Shown piece by piece: positions 57,181 to 64,000 of a stretch of 64,000 nucleotides of DNA; within the stretch, counting starts at the first letter, position 1, and each line of letters begins with the position of its first letter. This DNA comes from the human T2T-CHM13v2.0 reference genome, Homo sapiens. Under the pieces are notes generated by a model that was not told the DNA's origin, did not search any database, and saw only the letters and a program-made list of their open reading frames with translations. A program made the translations under genes and the position numbers. The stretch is from assembly GCF_009914755.1 (NCBI RefSeq), contig NC_060925.1; one strand, given 5' to 3'.

Positions 57181-58962
57181 ATGGGAATGCTCATTGATTT
57201 GAGGAGAAAGCAGAACCCTGAATGTCTACAAGATACTCTCATGCCCTAGGTGAACCTGGGGACACAGATCCAGCCCACCAGCACCTGTCAGGCCTGGTCT
57301 CTGGGGCTGCCAGGGTTTGGGTTCTGTCTGGAGCACCAGAGTAAGGCAGGCTGTGGAAGGAGTTGAAGCAAGTGCTAAATTAGGTAGGGTCTCTTGGGCT
57401 GGGCAGAGGAGTCACTGGGAGCCATGCAGGAGCTTGTTAAACAGGGAGTGGCATCAGATTTGTGCCAGCTGTTTGTGGAGGGCCCGTGAGCAGGAATTGG
57501 GGCAGTGGACAACAAGGCAGGAGGACTGACGCAGAACACATTGCAGCAACTCAGGGAAGGATGATGATGGCTTGGACTTTGGTGGTGGCAGTTGCCTGTG
57601 TGTATGGAGAGAAATACATGGATTTGGAAGATATGTTATGCCACGCTGTTGACAGGACCTGGTGACTTGCTGAATGTCTGATCTCTGGGTCTAAGTTTTG
57701 ACCCCTGTATGGTGAGGTCAGACGTTGGACCGGGAGGTCTCTGAAGTTGCTTCTAGCTCTAGTTCTGTGATTTGGGGCTGTGTGAGCAGCATAGTCTGGT
57801 GCTTATAGTGGAGATGCTCCTTATGTGGTGCTGTGGGGTCTTTGCATGCCTGGGCCCCCCAGCGAGGGTCCTCAGAGACCAGTGCTCTCAGCAGTGCTCT
57901 TGGGTACTGACTAGCCTGCTGCCTGCCGCCTTTGGCCCTGCGTGTGAGAGTGCCCGTGTAGGACACACCCTGGCCTCTGCTCACCAGCTGCATGGCCCAT
58001 CTGCATGCCAGACATGCCTGCCCACGGCTGGGTTTCATCACCTCCCTTCCCTCTGCATGCTCCTGTGTCTGTGTCAAGCTTCCAACTTCGGGGGCGGGTG
58101 GTTCTAGGCTGTACCCTGGACTGAGAAGCTCAGAACAGCTTCTGGTCAGGGGAGTCCAAGGCTGGAGGTCGTGGCCAGGCACAGCCACAGCCACCCCTCC
58201 CCTTGAGACCCTTGTTTGTTGGCGCAGGAAGCCGTCTGTTCGGCGCCCTCATCATGTTACTGCCATCGTCATGCCCATCCTGCCCGCAGACCATGTCCCT
58301 GGCCTGCCCTGACCCCTGCCCCTCCCCAGTCCTCCTGAGGGCAGCCCTTTTGCTTGGGTTCCCAGGTTGTGCCCTGAGCATGGCTGAGACCCTGGCAGGC
58401 GGCCCTGCTGCTTGCCTTATTTCTTCCCCTCAGGCCATGGCCTGGAGGTGGAGGCAGTGACTCCACGGCAGGTGGCTGTGTCCCTCTGGACTGGCCTTCT
58501 GCTCTGCCCAGCCATGCTCTGAGGACCCTCCACCCTAGGGCCTGCTTTCTCTCCTTGGTGCTCCAGCCAGGAGCAGGCAGAGATAGGCCCTGGAGAACAC
58601 CCTGGGTTGTGGTCCTGACCAGGCCTGGACCTTGTACTGAGTCCCTGTGTGACCCTGGGCAGACAGGACCTTCCTGACAGGCCTCAGTTTCCTAGGCTAT
58701 AAAATGGGAGCTTGGTTGCAAGATCTCTCATTGAGTAAGTCATCGTGCTCCAGACAGTCCCTGAGTGTGGGGGCCACTTCTAGGCTGGAAGTGGGTGGGG
58801 TGGGAGTGGATGATGAGCTGGGGTCTGGCGGTGCCACCCCTCCTGTCTCTGAGCATGGGTTTGGCTCTGACCAGAGGGGCTTCCTGAATGAGGGGCCCCT
58901 GCCCTTCCATGCAGTCGTGTGTCCTGCCCGGCCTGTGAGTGCCTCTCTCCCTCCTCCTGCAG

Positions 58963-59232
58963 TGCGCCGCGTGGCTCCTCGTTTCTCCATCCCTCCCAGC
59001 AGCCAGGAGGTGATGCCAGGCGGCAGCGTGAACCTGACATGCGTGGCAGTGGGTGCACCCATGCCCTACGTGAAGTGGATGATGGGGGCCGAGGAGCTCA
59101 CCAAGGAGGATGAGATGCCAGTTGGCCGCAACGTCCTGGAGCTCAGCAATGTCGTACGCTCTGCCAACTACACCTGTGTGGCCATCTCCTCGCTGGGCAT
59201 GATCGAGGCCACAGCCCAGGTCACAGTGAAAG
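58963..59232 (+). CDS. PTPRF: PTPRF exon 8: Ig3
   Basis: gcag|TGCGC...AAAG|gtgagt; [27 protein letters not shown]...ATAQVTVK; 270 nt. Confidence 0.98.
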
Positions 59233-59429
59233 GTGAGTGTGGCAGGTGCTGTAACCAGTGCCCTCCCTGTCATCTGGGAGGTCCTGGTGGTGGGCGAATG
59301 TGAGCTGGCTGCCATGGGCACAGGCATGGCTGAGGGATTCTTGCCCTTTCCTGGGTGTCCCTGCCCTGGGGTCCTCCAGCCCTTAGAGGGAGGGAGGGAT
59401 TTCTGTTATTAGCCGGCTTAATGATAATA

Positions 59430-59650
59430 GTTAAGGCATATTGAGTTTCTTGGTGGGAGACATCATGCTAGCAAGCACAGTTGATTTTGTTTTTTTCTGT
59501 TTTACCCTGGGAGATAGGTGCTCTTATTATTTCCATTTTTGAAACGAGGGAACCAAGGCACAGAGAGGGTGTATCACTTGCCCCAGGGTCACATAAAAAT
59601 AAATGACAGAGCAGGGACTTAAACCCAGTGTGGTCTGAATCCATATCTCA
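59430..59650 (-). mobile_element. MIR SINE
   Basis: ttattatttccatttt...gaaccaaggcacagagaggg...cacttgccccagggtcaca...gggacttaaaccca. Confidence 0.75.
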
Positions 59651-59806
59651 CCCTCACCACTACATAGTACCAGACCTTCAGGTTTAATAGCCTCCCAGCA
59701 AGAAGGGTGTGGTAAAATAGTAGGGGAAAGTGTGTTCTCTCTGCCCTGATACCTGGGGACAGGCACACATGTATTACACATATGTCACATATATGTAACC
59801 GATTCT

Positions 59807-60112
59807 GGCCAGGCACGGTGGCTCATTCCTGTAAGCCTAGCGCTTTGGGAGGCCAAGTTGGAAGGATTGCTTGAGCTCAGGAGTTTGAGACCAGCCCAGT
59901 TAACGTAGTGAGACCCCCATCTCTACGAAAAAAAAAAAAAAAAAAAAACTGGGCATGGTGGCACACACCTGTGGCCCAGCTACTTGGGAGGGCTGAGACA
60001 GGAGGATCACTTGAGCCCAGGAGGGTGAGGCTACAGTGACGCAGTGAGCCATGATCACACCACTGCACTCCAGCCTGAGTGACAGAGCGAGACCCTATGA
60101 AAAAAAAAAAAA
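59807..60112 (+). mobile_element. Alu (AluJ-like)
   Basis: Forward Alu with expanded middle A-tract and poly(A) tail. Confidence 0.93.
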
Positions 60113-60159
60113 CCAGATTCCTTCCTGGTCTCCCCGCTGCAATTCTCAACAGCCTCTGA

Positions 60160-60668
60160 TCCATTATCTGTTTTGCAGCTTGAGTGATCTTTAAAAAATG
60201 TAATTCAGGATCAAGTGACTCCCTTTTAGGAAAGGGAGAAACACCTTCCAGTGGCTTCCCGTTGTTTTAGGATACAGATCAGGATCCTCACTGTGGTCTC
60301 CCAGGGCCACTGGCTTCCCACCCTGTCACGCGCCAGCTGTCCAGACACATGCTGCTTTCCGTTTGCCGTGCTCCTTGCCTGGCCCCTTCTGTCACTGGCT
60401 CCATGTACCCTTCCAGGCCTCAGCTTGGTGATGCTTTCCTTCCCTCATCACCGCATCCAAGGAGATTCCCTGGATCTTACTCCACCTCAGCACCCTGATT
60501 CCTGCTGTCCTTGCACATGGCAGAATCATGAGTACGATCGACTTGTTTATTGATTCTCTCTTGTACTGAGGTGTAAACTCCATGAGAGCAGGGATGTGAC
60601 TGTGTGGCATTGTAGCCCCAGCACAATGTCTGGCATTGAGTGGGTGCTTGTTAATTATTTGTTGAATG
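60160..60668 (+). mobile_element. L2 LINE 3' fragment
   Basis: tgtaaactccatgagagcaggga...ccccagcacaatgtctggca...gtgcttgttaattatttgttgaatga. Confidence 0.7.
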
Positions 60669-61203
60669 ACTGTGGACTCAGGACCTTTCCACTTCAATTT
60701 GAGCCAAGCTGCAGGGTCTGTGGGGCCAGCAGCCCCATCACTCTTTCTATCCGGGCCAGTCCCTAAGGAAATATCTCCCCTTCCCCTGCCTATTACACAT
60801 ACTTTCCACCAGGTGGGCTCAGGTGACCTGCAGAGGCACATAGCTGCTACCCAGTCTGGGTGTCTTTCATCTACATGGGACTGCAAGGGTCACATCACCT
60901 CCAGGTCTGTTTGTTAGATGAGTCTGGTGTGCTGATGGGAGGGTCCAGTGAATCCCACAGTTGATATGTGTACATACTAAATGACCCAAGGCCCTGGGTG
61001 GGGCACTGACAGGCCTGGCCACTGTCCCTCACTTGTGCCTTCAGAGGTCACCATAAGCTTTTCCAGCCATTTTTCAAGGTAGGCTGTGGGTATCAGCCAC
61101 ACTCAGGTGACCCCACCAGATATCCTGGATAATCCCCAAGTCTAGGGTTGGTTCCTAAGGATCTTGACCTCGGGCAGCTTTGAGCCTTCCACTTTGTCTC
61201 CAG

Positions 61204-61785
61204 CTCTTCCAAAGCCTCCGATTGATCTTGTGGTGACAGAGACAACTGCCACCAGTGTCACCCTCACCTGGGACTCTGGGAACTCGGAGCCTGTAACCTA
61301 CTATGGCATCCAGTACCGCGCAGCGGGCACGGAGGGCCCCTTTCAGGAGGTGGATGGTGTGGCCACCACCCGCTACAGCATTGGCGGCCTCAGCCCTTTC
61401 TCGGAATATGCCTTCCGCGTGCTGGCGGTGAACAGCATCGGGCGAGGGCCGCCCAGCGAGGCAGTGCGGGCACGCACGGGAGAACAGGCGCCCTCCAGCC
61501 CACCGCGCCGCGTGCAGGCACGCATGCTGAGCGCCAGCACCATGCTGGTGCAGTGGGAGCCTCCCGAGGAGCCCAACGGCCTGGTGCGGGGATACCGCGT
61601 CTACTATACTCCGGACTCCCGCCGCCCCCCGAACGCCTGGCACAAGCACAACACCGACGCGGGGCTCCTCACGACCGTGGGCAGCCTGCTGCCTGGCATC
61701 ACCTACAGCCTGCGCGTGCTTGCCTTCACCGCCGTGGGCGATGGCCCTCCCAGCCCCACCATCCAGGTCAAGACGCAGCAGGGAG
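61204..61785 (+). CDS. PTPRF: PTPRF exon 9: FNIII-1 and FNIII-2
   Basis: ccag|CTCTT...GGAG|gtaggt; [26 protein letters not shown]...[12 protein letters not shown]; 582 nt. Confidence 0.98.
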
Positions 61786-62043
61786 GTAGGTGGGGGCATG
61801 CCGGCTGGGCAGCCAACAGCAGAGAAGGGGAGGCTGAGGTTGTGGCGGTGCCTTTCCCCCTCCCTCGGCTGTGAGGCTGGGGGCTCTTGGGAGGATCAAG
61901 GTGCCGTATTCCATAGATGTGTGGTCAGTTGGGATGTAGGATAAGGGTGTGAGGTTAGGACCTGACTTCCTCGGCTCCCTCCTCCCTGGGCACCCCTGAC
62001 CTCACGCAGATGAGGCTGACCTGCCTGGTGTGGGGTGTTGCAG

Positions 62044-62180
62044 TGCCTGCCCAGCCCGCGGACTTCCAGGCCGAGGTGGAGTCGGACACCAGGATCCAGC
62101 TCTCGTGGCTGCTGCCCCCTCAGGAGCGGATCATCATGTATGAACTGGTGTACTGGGCGGCAGAGGACGAAGACCAACAG
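62044..62180 (+). CDS. PTPRF: PTPRF exon 10: FNIII-3 N-half
   Basis: gcag|TGCCT...CAG|gtgtgc; VPAQPADFQAEVESDTRIQLSWLLPPQERIIMYELVYWAAEDEDQQ; 137 nt. Confidence 0.97.
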
Positions 62181-62688
62181 GTGTGCAGCGGGCAGAGAAG
62201 CACTGAGGGGGTCTCCTGGTCCCTGAGGGTCTGTGATGGGCTTAACCCAGGAGGGTATTTTCTGGATTCTGTGGCTTATGTGGGCACAGCCTCTAAGGTT
62301 TCTGCTGGAGGCTTAGTGGTGCATGCGTGTCATGTGGCCCGCACAGCCTGTATGAATCTGGAGTCATTGTCACCCTGTGCTAGGGGCAAAGTCCCCAGGG
62401 TCTGCCTTGGGTTTCCTAGGCTCTGTGGCTCATATGACTGGCAGAGCCCTGAAGTTTCCCCAGAAGCCATGCGTCCCAGATGGCTCCTGTGGTCCATGTG
62501 GTCTGTGAGGCGTCTGTGGCATGGGCTAAGCCCTGAGTTCCTTTTGTGCTCCATGTGGCCTTATGGTGTGGAGCCAGTCCTGGAGCCGTGGTGGGTCCAG
62601 AGGTGTCACATTGCAGCCCATGTTGGGGAACAACCTGTGAGTGACTTTGAGCTCAGAGCTGTCAGTGAGTGCTCCCTGCTCTTCCCAG

Positions 62689-62833
62689 CACAAGGTGACC
62701 TTCGACCCAACCTCCTCCTACACACTAGAGGACCTGAAGCCTGACACACTCTACCGCTTCCAGCTGGCTGCACGCTCGGATATGGGGGTGGGCGTCTTCA
62801 CCCCCACCATTGAGGCCCGCACAGCCCAGTCCA
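62689..62833 (+). CDS. PTPRF: PTPRF exon 11: FNIII-3 C-half
   Basis: ccag|CACAAG...TCCA|gtaagt; HKVTFDPTSSYTLEDLKPDTLYRFQLAARSDMGVGVFTPTIEARTAQS; 145 nt. Confidence 0.97.
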
Positions 62834-64000
62834 GTAAGTGTCTCCCAAGTCCGCTGCCTGTTACACCTGGGCTGGGACACACACACACACATGCACACAC
62901 ATCCTTCCCCCTCGACCAGGCAGGTGGGGTGGTCAGGTCTGCTGGCCAAACCGAACTCTGGCCTGGGCTCTGAGTCTGGGCCTCGGGAGAGGGCCAGGTA
63001 AGTGCCTCCCAGTCTGTCCAGTCCAGGTGGCTGCTGCCCTCCCTGCTCCCTGCCCAGCCTCCTGCCCCTCCTCCCGCCCATGCCCCACACACTGCCCAGG
63101 TAAGTTCTGTGTCTGTGCCTCATCTCCGCCCCCACTCTGTGCTGGTCACACTAGCTTAGCTGATGGGCCATCCTCGGTGGGTCTGCCATGTCCCAGACCT
63201 GCTTTGGCGGCTGTTTCTCCTCCCTATGGCCCCGCATCTCGTCTCCCCATCACCCACATTCCCTTCCTCATACTCCCCATGAAAGTTACCTGAGAGCCAT
63301 GTGATCACCCTGAGCTGACTGCACTCGGGGACAGGTCTGAGAATGCGGCCATGTGACCCAGCCTGCCCACGTGTGCCTTGAATTGTGACCACGTGGCCGT
63401 GCAGGGGACTGTCTGCAAGGCTGTCTGTGTGAGACTCTGGTGTTGTGTGTGAGAGACTCCGATGCTGCAGCTGTGGGAGTGGCACTGCCCATGAGTGTGA
63501 GTGTGTGACCACACCTGACCAGCTGGCTGTGCAGCACCTGTGTATGTGCATCAGTGGATCTTGGGCATGACCCTTGTCTTTGTGGGCGACTCTGGCCTGA
63601 TCCTGTAACCGTATTTGTGGGTCTCGGTAGCCCCCCAGACAGTAGACTGTGTGTGTGTGTGACTCTGTGGTTGCTGCTGGGCGTCCTGTGTGTGGTCACA
63701 CAGCCACAGTCAGCTGCTGCGTGAGACTCTGTGTGATAGGGTGTCATGGATGTGACTGGCTGGGTAGCATTGTGGGATTGAGATGGTGACCACATCTGAT
63801 GTAGCCATGTGATGACCAGAAACATGGCGGTGTCTGAAGTGGTCCTTATGAAGTGGGACCATGTGCATGTACCAGTGATGTCAAGAGGCTGTGTGTGACC
63901 TTGTATTCATGGATTCATTCCAGAAGCACCTGCTGTGCTGCAGCTGGGGGCCAGGCCCCATGCACGGTACAGGGCTGGCAGCATGACCAGACACATGGTG

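Noticed and set aside
58697-58962. TATAAAA followed by ATG 58704 in frame with exon 8 (internal promoter?)
   Set aside because: It lies in a MIR core-like motif (cagtttcc...taaaatggg), the TATA abuts the ATG, and a normal acceptor precedes exon 8.
58740-61799. Antisense ORFs of 195 and 214 aa over exons 8 and 9
   Set aside because: Shadow ORFs caused by GC3-rich codon usage on the sense strand.

Overview
Primate (very probably human) genomic DNA holding the 5' portion of PTPRF (LAR, a type IIa receptor protein tyrosine phosphatase) on the + strand. It has a CpG-island promoter, two non-coding exons and coding exons 3-11 (signal peptide, Ig1-3, FNIII-1 to -3). The constitutive CDS in the window totals 1813 nt, every junction is GT-AG and the frame is continuous; the gene runs past the window end. 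The alternatively spliced micro-exons meA (18 nt, GGSPIR) and meB (12 nt, DQRE) are visible with neuronal splicing-factor motifs. Introns contain 13 Alus, MIR/L2/L1/MaLR/hAT fossils, a 1.4-kb GT-rich minisatellite and several promoter- or enhancer-like islands. Almost all other ORFs in the track are spurious. No exotic system is demonstrable. The best hypotheses are: an 11-nt frameshifting micro-exon candidate just upstream of meA, a spliced 27-codon uORF, a possible secreted Ig1-3 isoform with an IgG2-hinge-like CCxxCPPC tail, an intronic CpG-island first exon in frame with exon 6, and an Alu-bracketed 288-nt stop-free exon 4-5 circle. All need RNA or conservation data. Repeat subfamily calls are by eye.
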